Part shown: positions 55,201-64,000 of the stretch, piece by piece | How the letters are laid out: each line of letters opens with the position of its first letter | Position numbering within the stretch: position 1 is the stretch's first letter | NCBI GenBank assembly: GCA_965644495.1 | Contig: CBFFSA010000007.1 | Span: 744,001-808,000, forward strand | Source of the DNA: Perkinsela sp. CCAP 1560/9 | Taxonomy: Eukaryota; Protista; Euglenozoa: Kinetoplastea | Length of the DNA stretch: 64,000 nt | Direction of reading: 5' to 3' | Made by a program: the position numbers and the translations under genes | Notes under the pieces: generated by a model | What the model was told of the DNA's origin: nothing | The model's database searches: none | The model's input: the letters and a program-made list of their open reading frames with translations, nothing else

Positions 55201-56317
55201 GTTTGCGCAGATTTTCTTCCTCCTCGTCTCGTTTGACCTTATCCTCCGCAGCAGATTTTGATGCCGCTTCTATGAGACTTAATTTACTCAACTTTTCTGT
55301 CCGATTGTCATCTAGCGTTACAAGGAAGCTGTCAATCGACTTTTTTTCCTCACTCAAATCTTTTACGTTGTTTTCGCTCTTATACAGCGAAAGATGCACC
55401 TCTTCAATACCAGGAAAAGATTCCATAGATGTGCGACTAGTCAAATCTTGTAACGCCTTTCTACGTTCGTCAAGTGCTCCACTATGACGATCTTTTTGCT
55501 GTTGAAGTGTATTGACTTTTTCGGACACCGTGTCTACAGTACCCAAAACCTGCTTGAGTTTTCTAGATTCAAGCTCTAACTTTTCCAAACTTTTCTTTAG
55601 CTCCGCGACTTGCTTCTCTTTTTCATGTATTTCGCTTCGAAGAGTTTGCGCTTGATCGCAGTGTTCATGTAGAACTAAAAGAGTTGCCTCACTTTGCTTC
55701 GCCTGTGCTCTATAAGCCCGGGCGTTTTCCCGAAACTTCTCTAATGCACCAACGTATTTCGTAGATGCAAAAATATCGTCAAACCTCTTTTTAACTTCAG
55801 AAGGCGTTCCAAGTGGCCAATTACCATCCTCCTGGTGACAGAAAATAACATTCTCCAGAACCGCCCGACTAACACCCAACAATTCGGGAATAATTTTATC
55901 TATATCAGAGCAACGAAATGTACATGCAACGACCTTGTTTGTGGAAGGATCTCTGTATGCGAGAGATGCATCAATGGTTTGTGTTGTCAATTTGTTTCGT
56001 ACTATTGATGATTGGAACGTTCTTGTAACCTGCATGTCATTTCCATTTTTTGCACGAAATGTAAATCGAATTTGAGCCCGTACCTCGGACTCGCCCAGAA
56101 CTCTGGGGTCATGCACAAAGGAGCTTTTCTCAGCCCCTCCAAAGGGTAGTTCTCCAGTCGTTGCATTGAGGCAGGCTTCAATAACAGTAGTTTTTCCAGC
56201 CCCATTACGACCAAGAATTATAGTAAGTGGGTGAAAGAAGTGCACGGTTTGAATCATATCGTGCTGAGGGGAGAAAGATCGTATCCCACAAAGTTGAATG
56301 TTGTGCAAACATGACAT
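52292..56317 (-). CDS. RAD50: DNA repair protein RAD50
   Basis: GIRSF, Walker A GRNGAGKTT, FCHQE, long coiled coils with CETC hook, RCSAGQKV signature and LDEPTTNLD. First ATG at 56317. Confidence 0.96.
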   Translation of the reverse strand: MSCLHNIQLCGIRSFSPQHDMIQTVHFFHPLTIILGRNGAGKTTVIEACLNATTGELPFGGAEKSSFVHDPRVLGESEVRAQIRFTFRAKNGNDMQVTRTFQSSIVRNKLTTQTIDASLAYRDPSTNKVVACTFRCSDIDKIIPELLGVSRAVLENVIFCHQEDGNWPLGTPSEVKKRFDDIFASTKYVGALEKFRENARAYRAQAKQSEATLLVLHEHCDQAQTLRSEIHEKEKQVAELKKSLEKLELESRKLKQVLGTVDTVSEKVNTLQQQKDRHSGALDERRKALQDLTSRTSMESFPGIEEVHLSLYKSENNVKDLSEEKKSIDSFLVTLDDNRTEKLSKLSLIEAASKSAAEDKVKRDEEEENLRKLLSSIDEKKWKAGERDIVSDMALRSVLDFLKCETAEMRSQYDGIISDLLKEMSLKQTELDKLSNTKHLSISEKSFHESILKECRNEISNMQRSYESDADFQSVTDQFVQGLQNELESTKRILAIREDKMREDEVDKRICETLNELELFRGREVQLREELDRREQERDNLSKVSLLMKSKEAKLHEITLCLEEKVDPFLSKHMLKAESISERKILTERLLEKLVENHLRVTRDLLDFQKLHAITCKELEEAELKYSKEKSSRDIKKSNLCSQLGSSFEDNTYDLFNSVTEKARKINDLSSDLAVRRNAIEHLEKRISDFSVKEECETCGRGFEDGNSREEFLDVQKTMLKARRIEFLDIEKLHSDTESELIELKKTETDVKELFCVNENLSVITAQIVDLVREVEETTKRVKHSESMVLVSQETLQETRDSLQQIVFLKKSEKELNDIVEQLNELQRKNETLTGSQSLTEVSDEYSVACNKVHLLTSSLEELRSKNDNYSKELQIARDRVHVKQREVDQKQSALKRSKDWIQRHSTLREKIDKTQSVLCSIDTKIKETDTKLTKIVNDKKDLTTQHEARTRTAKTKMNEALANLDYMRTNVDRFIKGSEINYSERVHVAFIALEKAKKEYEEVRSLEVQRRERLNWIMESLKKEEAVARDLSLVVEIYKAKDDIQKVENNILAIDDSTRSLRENILKDKTLKEIIEFSSRDSVETVQTKLKQLFSRIQLESSRFSGSMEPLLADIRVRRLKLEDEKYFDIERRLASTQIKLRTAELAYADVEKYAKGLDRAVTQYHADKMRELNEIISQMWQATYAGSDIDTIEIKFDEDASGSMATRRNYKYRVIMRKGDVDLDLRGRCSAGQKVLASVIIRLALSDAFCCDCGVLVLDEPTTNLDEENILSLARALRNIIESRKGLRHFQLVVITHDEPFVRELGHSNLCESYYYVHKTMDGRYSVIDKLPIGELLSS

Positions 56318-56536
56318 TACTCTGAGAACTAAAAGAAATAAAAGAGGCCTTATACACAAGTTTCACTATTTCATAATACTCAATACTAGACTAATATGCT
56401 CACCAATATGGATCGTACGCGCATACACGTACACGCATACATGTTCATAGTATTAACATTCATGCATGTACATGAACTGTATATGAACTTCCTACATGTA
56501 CATACATGCATCTACCCGCTTACAATATCGAAAACA

Positions 56537-57748
56537 TCAGGTTCTTGTTGAAACTTGTTGGCCCTCATACTTCGTTCCTTTGCCTTGATATTGAGCTGCG
56601 CGTCCTTTCTCATCCAATATTACGAATGGATGAAACCAAAAGGAGAACTTCTTTTTGAGATGCTGAGTACAGAGGTTAACTGCTCGCTGCGCAACTTTAT
56701 CTACGTGTGAAAAAAATACAGGAATTATATTCGGTCGCCGGAAGTATATCTCAACGTCGCAACGAACACTTTGGCCCTCGTCAGAGGCGTTCCATGAAAG
56801 AAGTTTCAACATGGTATGCTCCATAATGTAAAATTCCATTTCCTTCAAACAAGCTTCACGAATCAGGTTTTCAACTTGCTCTGGCTCCGACTGACTAGTT
56901 ACATCGCTGACGTGATGTGTCCATGCGCGCGGCTTTCCATACCTCGCGAGTAAATCTTTTAGCTCTACGATACCATGAAATCTTTTAGCGCTCACCTCAT
57001 GTACTGCTCCAAATGGAAGATTCATTAGTTCAATGCTGTTTCTCAAAAAAGCGTGAAGCTCCATTCTTTTAGTTCCTGCTTGCAATAAATCCATCTTTGT
57101 TAAGACGAGTAGGCAAGGAATATTAAAAACATTGCTTCGATCTATAATTTCACGTAGAAATTTTTCTGTATCTGATCGAATAGTGCCACTTCCAGCCGGA
57201 ATTACAGCCACAGAGACGTCCGCTCCCTGTAGCGTATCCCAAGCTGGTCGCTCAGCAGACACCCACGAGCGCTCCCTCCTATTTCGTGGTGTAAAAACAC
57301 CCGGGGTATCCATTAATATTAATTGTGTAGAATGAACGTGAGTGATTCCTTTCACCCAGGATGTCGTAGTATGTGGCCGAGAGGAGCGAGCAGAGATGTG
57401 GGAGGTGACACAGGTGTTCACAAGTTCAGATTTCCCTCCACTTGGCGGACCAATAAACGTGACTCGAGCCTCGTGGGGATCTTCGGGCTGCACCTCTACT
57501 TGGCGGATTCTTAAGGCCTCTTGCTTTTTCTTCGAGATTGCGTCCCAGCGACTCGTGTCGGTGAGAGGAAATACGTGCCCCACTGGAGTAAAATTCTTGT
57601 CTATATAGACTTTCTTAAAGATTTCTGCTTTAGTGTTGGTGCGCTCAGTGTCCGCTTCTTTAAGAACTTGTGATACTTTTCTTTCCCATTCTCTCCGTCG
57701 CTGAATTATACGCATGGTGAACAATCGTGTTGAGCGAAACGCCATCAT
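56537..57748 (-). CDS. Era-like GTPase, probably mitochondrial
   Basis: G1 GPPSGGKS, G2 PHTT, G3 DTPG, G4 TKMD, VSAK; Arg-rich N-terminus. Confidence 0.82.
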   Translation of the reverse strand: MMAFRSTRLFTMRIIQRRREWERKVSQVLKEADTERTNTKAEIFKKVYIDKNFTPVGHVFPLTDTSRWDAISKKKQEALRIRQVEVQPEDPHEARVTFIGPPSGGKSELVNTCVTSHISARSSRPHTTTSWVKGITHVHSTQLILMDTPGVFTPRNRRERSWVSAERPAWDTLQGADVSVAVIPAGSGTIRSDTEKFLREIIDRSNVFNIPCLLVLTKMDLLQAGTKRMELHAFLRNSIELMNLPFGAVHEVSAKRFHGIVELKDLLARYGKPRAWTHHVSDVTSQSEPEQVENLIREACLKEMEFYIMEHTMLKLLSWNASDEGQSVRCDVEIYFRRPNIIPVFFSHVDKVAQRAVNLCTQHLKKKFSFWFHPFVILDEKGRAAQYQGKGTKYEGQQVSTRT

Positions 57749-58183
57749 ATATATATATATATATATGTATTAGATTGCCTATGCCCAGAACAAAATAAAC
57801 AATTGCATGTCCTACTCTGAAAGTTGCTTAAAGCTTCGCACATGTATGAATTGCACCGTAAATTAAGTAAAAATAATTTATATTGTGCGTGCATTCCGTT
57901 CATGGATTTTTACTCGCACTTTTAAGAGGGTTGAAACCTACGAAAGGCAAAACCTGACAAAACCCGCGAAGTCCACTCTGACGTAGTGAAGAAAAGTACT
58001 TAGTCAAAAATAGTGGAGAACAGTTGACCTCCGTCGTTCCCTTACTGAAATTATTCTGATATTCTTTTTTCTCAGTAAAAATCACCCTATCTAATAATTA
58101 GCGGACACCCGCCTTCCTCCACTCTTTTACCGCTGAGGATAGTATCACGGATTCTGATGACATTATAATAATGAACGAATAAA

Positions 58184-59099
58184 TTATTCGTTCTGATTAA
58201 ACATTTTCTTGTCCACCCGATTGGAATATTTGCGAAACTTTCTCTTGGAAGTTTGTTCTTCATCGTGTATGTGTTTCAACTTTTCGTTTTTCCTCTGAAT
58301 TTCACTTTTCGTTAGCTTTGTATATGGTACATCCGATTTCTTGGCATGTGCTGGGCACTTTCCTACATTACTGGTCCCAGAAGTGTAAAGTTCTCGCTTT
58401 ATACTGTCGCGGTAATCTTTTATTGCTTCTTTGTCTCTAGCATCATCGTTAAGAAATGTACACGAACAATCTGGCCTAGATTTCCACTCATTTACAAACT
58501 TCGACTCAGCATCTAACATAACCACCGTGTTGCGGTACAATTCTCGCTTGCAAAATTTCCACCGAAAGCATTCTGCATTCCAAAGCAGTCCAAAGCCGGA
58601 TTTGACAAAATCAATGCGGTGTTGATTATAGTGAAGAATTTTGTGGTGATCTATATGAGCCAAAAAGCGTTCGATCCGATTTCTTATTCGCCGAAACTCC
58701 ATGTCGAATTGTTCATCAATGTCATTACCCTTTTCTTGGCATAGACTTACTGTACATGGGAACTCCGTCAAGTATCGATGTGCAGAGAACAAAGTGTGGT
58801 TCACGGACCAAAAGGCGTCGCTCTGTTTCAGCAAGGTTGCCTGCAATGTCAGATGCATTCAACGCAGGCCGAATAAACTTTTTCCACACAGACGTAGAGG
58901 AATAATGTTTACCCAAATATGGTATGAGAACGTCAGCTGTTTGCTCGTGCGTTAGATTCAAATGCAGCATTGTAAGTGCACTAAAAACTTGAACAATAGT
59001 GCAATTAAGCCGAGACGCAAGTTGCGAAATAACTTCCGGGGAATATCCAGTAAATCCATGTGCAACGTTAGACCAAGGAAGAAGGCAAATATGTGACAT
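58184..59099 (-). pseudogene. Harbinger-like transposase with internal deletion/frameshift
   Basis: HTH-like VFSALTMLHLNLTHEQTAD and CTSILDGVP (D1) in one frame, IRNRIERFLA (E) in another; the middle catalytic region is missing. Confidence 0.6.
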
Positions 59100-59504
59100 T
59101 GTGAAGATATAAAGCTAATAAATGCCATAAATTATAGGAAGAAATAGAAAAATAGAGTATACAAACATAGGATGATAGAAATATAGTAGGAAACATAGAA
59201 ATACATTGAGACAAAAGTATGAGCTTACGTTACGTTCTTCATTTCCAGTTTTCTGTACTGTACTATGCGTTCAAATTTATTGTAATCCCGTAGGATCTTA
59301 AGACTTTCGCTTCTTCACCTTCATTCCTTCCCCATGGACTTCACCCATGCTTTCAGTCGTCTGCCTGATACTCAGAATTTCAAGATGGGTCACTTTTTTC
59401 CGTAGAGCAAGTACTTCATCCCGCAATTCTCCGACCTCTCTTTGCACCTTCTTGAACTCTACAAGAATCTCATCCGTGCGGCTACAAGCTTCTTGCACCT
59501 TCTC

Positions 59505-60807
59505 GGCTAATGGGGTGATATATTGTAGTCATTTTGGGGAAACGTTGAGAAGCAAATATATAACATGACATCTCCCTCAGAATACATTGTATTTATGTGT
59601 GAAACAAGATTTGGCTTATTTCATTTCTTTTTTTTCCACTAAATGGCCTCCTGTTCGTGCTCGGATATGCGTTGTGTTCTCAAGTGGAAAACGATGGCTC
59701 AATTCCATTCGAGAAATTCGAGAAATTTCTTATAAGCCATGGTATTGTGAAGTCCGAAACTTGTCGCAGGCAAGTGTGTGGGGGTACAGGGTGTGCAGCG
59801 AGACACTTTGAAAACATTTGCTGGAAACGTTGGAAGAAGGGGAGTTGTCGAAAACGTCTATCACTGCTGTATCCCTACATGTCTTATAAACAAAAGAAAA
59901 GAAAGCAGAAATTCTCTTTTTAGGTAAAACTGTGTCAAGGTGTTCCAATGAGCTCAATTGCTTCGCAATGCGAAGTTAACTGGAAAACTGCATTTACATG
60001 GAAAAAAGAGCTCTTATATGCAGTTTATCGGTACATGAAGTATCGGAACTCCAAGATACAGTACTCGCGTTGTCAGGTTGACGAGACTTATTTATGGAGC
60101 CGGAAGTACAACCGCGGATGAAGAACTCGTAAGAAACCAACGTGGGTATTGACTCATACGGAAGTTGCAAGGAACGGTAAATCGGTAAGCACGGTGTGGT
60201 TACACGTACAAAATCGAAATAAGGAAACCTTGGAGCAGGCGATCAGGAAGTACACATTGGACAGCCAACGTACCATAGTAACTACAGACGGGTGGAAAGC
60301 ATACTCGAACGTTATTGCATTTCGCGATCACCGCACTGTGAACCATTCTAGTAAAGGAAAGTTTAAGTTTGTAACTGCTGATGGAACTCACACCAACAAC
60401 GCGGAGTCATGTCATTCAGCAGTGAAGCGGGCTATACGTAAACAGGGTAGGTTATCGATGTCGTTGAGAGAGTCTAAGTGGACGGTGGCGTTATTTACCT
60501 TATTTTTTAAAAAGCCGTCTTGGCAAGAGAAGTTACAAGTACTGTTATGTGCGTTTAAAGTGGCTCGAGACATGGGGACAGAAAGTGATAGTGAAAGCGA
60601 GTCTGAAGAAGATGAAGTGGAAAGCGAGTTTGAACACGACAAAATGGAAGAAGAAGAAGACTCTAGTGAGTCGCTTGTTGAATATAGGGAAATAACATCT
60701 AGCATATCGAAAAACAGCATTTCATATTTCGAAAAAATGAGTAATAGTCCTTTCATGCACTTTCGCAAATTTCCGAAAAATGACTACATTATAAGTCATC
60801 TGTAGCC
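59505..60807 (+). mobile_element. Merlin/IS1595-family DNA transposon
   Basis: Imperfect ~37-bp TIRs GGCTA-N9-TATAWTGTAGTCATTTT-NN-GGAAA; transposase inside; no TSD retained. Confidence 0.8.
59657..60805 (+). pseudogene. IS1595/Merlin DDE transposase (stops and frameshifts)
   Basis: QVDETY..RKYNRG, VQNRNKETL, TTDGWKAY, TVNHS and GTHTNNAES. Confidence 0.9.
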
Positions 60808-61566
60808 GATTTATGATGGCATCAAAAGGAACCTCACTGACACCTAAGTTCCAGGTCTGTTTCGTCTTTAAAAAAAAGAAGTCCTGCTTCTCGCGCCTTC
60901 GTCAAAAGGAGGAGTCCCTGCAACAAAATGTCAATGTCGATTGGGACATTGCATAATGACTTGAGAACGTTGCTCTCCTGATCAGAGAGTTGGCGAATGC
61001 GCGTAGTTATCCACTGTGCGCACATCGCAATGATGTTATCCTCCATTCGCTGGGTAAGATCATGGGGAGGAAGAAGGTCCGGGGCGTATTTGATGGCATT
61101 CTTCTCGACACTACTCATGCGTAGCCATTCGAGAGAAGTTTCTGACCTCTTCAAGGGTATTCGAAAGGTATGTCGTATCGCATACGACACCCATTTCCGC
61201 AGGGGTGCATACTTTTCAGAGTCAGGGGAGTCGATTCCTTCCTCGATGTACTCATCGTCCCCCGGAGGAAAGTCATACTCCAACATAATCACTTAGTTTG
61301 AAAGAAATGAATACGAACTATCAGTCATACAACGCGTATATTCTACGCCGTTGTTTTCACAAAATACCCCTTCTTGAAGCCGTGGCACGCCTCCCAAAGT
61401 GACCCCCCCAAAATAGGTGTCCAGGCAAAACCTGACAGGTTTCAACCCTCTAAGTAGGGGAGGTAGTACTTTACAAGTAGCTTTAGATATTTTGTCAAGT
61501 GTAGGTGTTGTTTTGTGGAGAGCGCGGTCCCAGTGACTTCTGGGAGCGCGCACTTATCAAGTACAC

Positions 61567-62880
61567 TTACCCTAGTGAGTCAATGAACCCTTTTACACGT
61601 TTAAAACTATTGATAGCAGATTGCTTATTGCAGCCACCGTATTGGAATGAGTGAGCAGTATCATTGTGAATGATGAGCTGATGGGCAACAAGAGAATCAG
61701 AATTTATAGTCTGGTTTGTATTCGGTTCATGCAACATTTCTCGATAGCAAACTTCCCGATGAGAAGGAAAGAGTTTTACGAACGTTTGAGACTTTTCAGT
61801 TCTGTAGTAAGGATCTAGACCATGGGAAACACATAATTTGCGGTACATGTTAATAGAGTCATCACGAAAAATTTCGGTATTACTGACTTCAAACAAAGTA
61901 GATGGAATTCGTTGTAAAATATCTTTCGAGCAAGTAAATAGAGGGCTCACCAAAACCTGTCTCTGTGCTTCAGTTTCGGGACAATACATATTTGCCGCAG
62001 CGTTAACCCATGGGAGAGTAAGATATTTTTCACTCTCCTTGTTCGTTTGACGTGACTTACATAGGGAGCCAGTTAAATCGAGCCACGGAGAAAATAGGAA
62101 GGCGGCAACAGGTAATTCGCCTACCAATTCTTTTTGGATCGTGTCAAACGTTTGCATGGAAGAAGCTTCATCACTTGACCAATCGATTCTCTCAACTCCA
62201 AACCGACGTTGCCCATACGCAATTGCAAGCATACTGGCCAACGCAAGATTTGCTCCCGCAGAATCCCCACCAAAAATGACGCGCCTGAAAGGAACTCCCG
62301 CCTTTAAAACAGACGCATACGCTCTTAAACAACTTAGTAAGGCATGTGGAAAAGGACAATCTGGTGCTAGGGAATAGTGAGGCACTGCAACGCTACATTG
62401 CGTGTATTCGGCCAGCGCGGTAGTTAAACAGCGGTAAGTGCGAGGGGAGTGCACAACGAATCCACCTCCATGAAAATACAATATGACATTGGAAGGCGGA
62501 AATGAAGAAGCAACGAAATCTCCGACGAAAGAGTCCCTCAGACGTTGTGTAATATTTTTTCCATCACTTTTTCGTGTGTGAGAGATCGGAAGACGGTTTA
62601 CATGACTGGTGAACTTGCCAAACGCAGTGCTTGAAAGTGGAGAATATCTTGAAATACAAGTTGTGCAACGTGACAAATGCAAAAGACGTGTTGTCCAAAC
62701 GGGAAAAGAATTGATAGAAAAAACCTTAGCCTTAGGGTGTCGTGGAAGTAGATGGCTCAATATCAAAAGTGATGGCCGGGCTATCCATCTTATTACACTG
62801 GGGGAAGGGGGTACTAGCATCGCAAGACGAAATATCCTTGAAAACACTCGAACAGATAAACGTGATAAGTACACCAACAT
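61567..62880 (-). CDS. GDXG/HSL-family alpha/beta hydrolase (esterase/lipase)
   Basis: YFHGGGF, YSLAPDCPFP, GDSAGANL and SPWLDL. Confidence 0.9.
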   Translation of the reverse strand: MLVYLSRLSVRVFSRIFRLAMLVPPSPSVIRWIARPSLLILSHLLPRHPKAKVFSINSFPVWTTRLLHLSRCTTCISRYSPLSSTAFGKFTSHVNRLPISHTRKSDGKNITQRLRDSFVGDFVASSFPPSNVILYFHGGGFVVHSPRTYRCLTTALAEYTQCSVAVPHYSLAPDCPFPHALLSCLRAYASVLKAGVPFRRVIFGGDSAGANLALASMLAIAYGQRRFGVERIDWSSDEASSMQTFDTIQKELVGELPVAAFLFSPWLDLTGSLCKSRQTNKESEKYLTLPWVNAAANMYCPETEAQRQVLVSPLFTCSKDILQRIPSTLFEVSNTEIFRDDSINMYRKLCVSHGLDPYYRTEKSQTFVKLFPSHREVCYREMLHEPNTNQTINSDSLVAHQLIIHNDTAHSFQYGGCNKQSAINSFKRVKGFIDSLG

Positions 62881-63319
62881 TTCATTCAAGACACACAGCT
62901 GTAAAATTCAGAATTCACCATGCACTAAACATTTTCGCCTCAAGCTCGGTCGCGAAACTGCTTCATTCGTCTTTCAACACGACAGAATTTGCATAAAAAA
63001 CTCTAGAAAACTCTAAAAAATTCTTCAATTTTGTTTCAAGTTACTCATTCTTCCTCCGTACACCAGTAATCTCCATCAGAGTTCAAATACCGTTACGTTC
63101 TTTATTAAAAGACCGAATACTCCATCATTGAGCAATCACATTGACAATGTGACTCTAGGGTACATGGAAATGTTACATTCTCGTTTCCTCATAGCGCCGT
63201 GAATCATCTCTTTTATGATTTCAGCTGATATCATCTCCCATTGTCACGTGTTCTCTGACTAGTTATGTAATAATAGTGTGTAACAGTGGGGACCTCTGCT
63301 GTAAAATTCTTACATGCTA

Positions 63320-64000
63320 TCATGATGCAGAAGAATTTTCCAGAACCTTGGGGATATTGTAAAGCTGTCGGATCTCGTCATCCGCCTCTCTACTTTCGAT
63401 CGCTGGTAGTATTAAGGAGCATGAATTCACGCTATTCATAAGACGGATATGCACCAAATCGGACGAAGCACCATCCAGTAGCGTCCCAAAATGAGAAAGG
63501 TTACGAACTTCCACATTATTCACGTGAGTTGCAATTCGAAAAGTCATAAGTTCTACCTGGTATCCTTTGTTCACATTGTGGGGAAGCATTTGTAGAAGAA
63601 CCACAACTCCGTCACGTGTTTGGGAAACCTTACCCCCACTAATGAGGTCGACCAGATGGCGAGGAGCAGTGTTGAACCATTCTTGCGCGCCCCACTCCGT
63701 TAGAAGGGGGAACGTTAGTTGTGTGAAGACGCACCCACCAAACAACCGATACACGGGCTTTTCTAAATCTACTCCGTTTAACAAATGATTCGACACCAAT
63801 GGGGTATTCACGGACAAGGGAACTTGCACATCGAGTACTTCCCCCTTTCGGAATATGCGAAGTGGAATAACATCTCCAGGCTTCCTCATTTGAATTAAAT
63901 GAGAGAAACGTACGCGTTCTTTCCCACGCCATGCGAGAGTGGCATCATTGCCTACCGTATGACCATCGACGTGCGTCACTACATCAAAGGCTTTTAAAAC
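63320..64000 (-). CDS. Deg/HtrA serine protease, C-terminal PDZ region (5' part outside the window)
   Basis: THVDGHTVGNDAT..ERVRFSHLI, YRLFGGCVFTQLT.P and VNNVEVRNLSH resemble Deg2/Deg9-type PDZ domains. Confidence 0.82.
   Translation of the reverse strand, partial: VLKAFDVVTHVDGHTVGNDATLAWRGKERVRFSHLIQMRKPGDVIPLRIFRKGEVLDVQVPLSVNTPLVSNHLLNGVDLEKPVYRLFGGCVFTQLTFPLLTEWGAQEWFNTAPRHLVDLISGGKVSQTRDGVVVLLQMLPHNVNKGYQVELMTFRIATHVNNVEVRNLSHFGTLLDGASSDLVHIRLMNSVNSCSLILPAIESREADDEIRQLYNIPKVLENSSAS

Larger units (their letters stand above)
59298..61292 (-). pseudogene. Accessory 'ORF X' split by Merlin insertion (60834-61292 N-part, 59298-59498 coiled-coil C-part)
   Basis: Both halves are collinear with the contiguous copy at 21630-22310. 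Confidence 0.75.
57926..61450 (-). mobile_element. PIF/Harbinger-like two-gene DNA transposon with nested Merlin element
   Basis: 14-bp TIR GAGGGTTGAAACCT (57926-57939 / 61437-61450), TAA on both sides, GGCAAAACCTGACA near both ends, internal DDE remnant. Confidence 0.78.

Noticed and set aside
59246-59268. CAGTTTTCTGTACTGTACTATG resembling the kinetoplastid spliced-leader exon 3' half
   Set aside because: Lacks the AACTAA 5' part, the GT donor/intron and an Sm site; likely a chance match.
57926-61450. Merlin transposase as the mobiliser of the TAA-flanked element
   Set aside because: Merlin has its own TIRs (59505/60807) and splits ORF X; a separate Harbinger-like transposase remnant is present.

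Overview
Eukaryotic, intron-less, gene-dense DNA from a kinetoplastid: it carries a clear RET2-type RNA-editing TUTase, and all ~22 host genes lie on the minus strand, as in a polycistronic directional cluster. A Perkinsela-like or other non-trypanosomatid source is plausible but unproven. Host genes include two tandem CAF-1 subunit B-like WD40 genes, a GNB1L/ASA1-like WD40, a TCAIM-like protein, a PIN-domain protein, RET2, REV1, a SHOCT/PUB protein, an MFS transporter, an LRR protein, an SMP/TULIP protein, RAD50, an Era GTPase, an alpha/beta hydrolase and a Deg/HtrA protease. The cluster is interrupted by transposon-rich islands. The largest (25527-41922) is bounded by perfect 30-bp TIRs with TA flanks and holds a nested set: a Harbinger-type end, a hAT-like element with a 6-bp TSD, a CRE-clade RT/RLE retrotransposon with a 2A-like 'stop-go' motif, a mariner-type MITE inserted in its endonuclease active site, a VIPER/TATE-like tyrosine-recombinase retroelement with an unexpected AP-endonuclease segment, and a two-gene PHIS-type DDE element. 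A second island (57926-61450) is a TAA-flanked Harbinger-like element interrupted by a Merlin/IS1595 element. Two ~1.2-kb C-rich-to-G-rich skew-switch islands lie inside host genes. All family calls come from motif recognition by eye; no searches were run.
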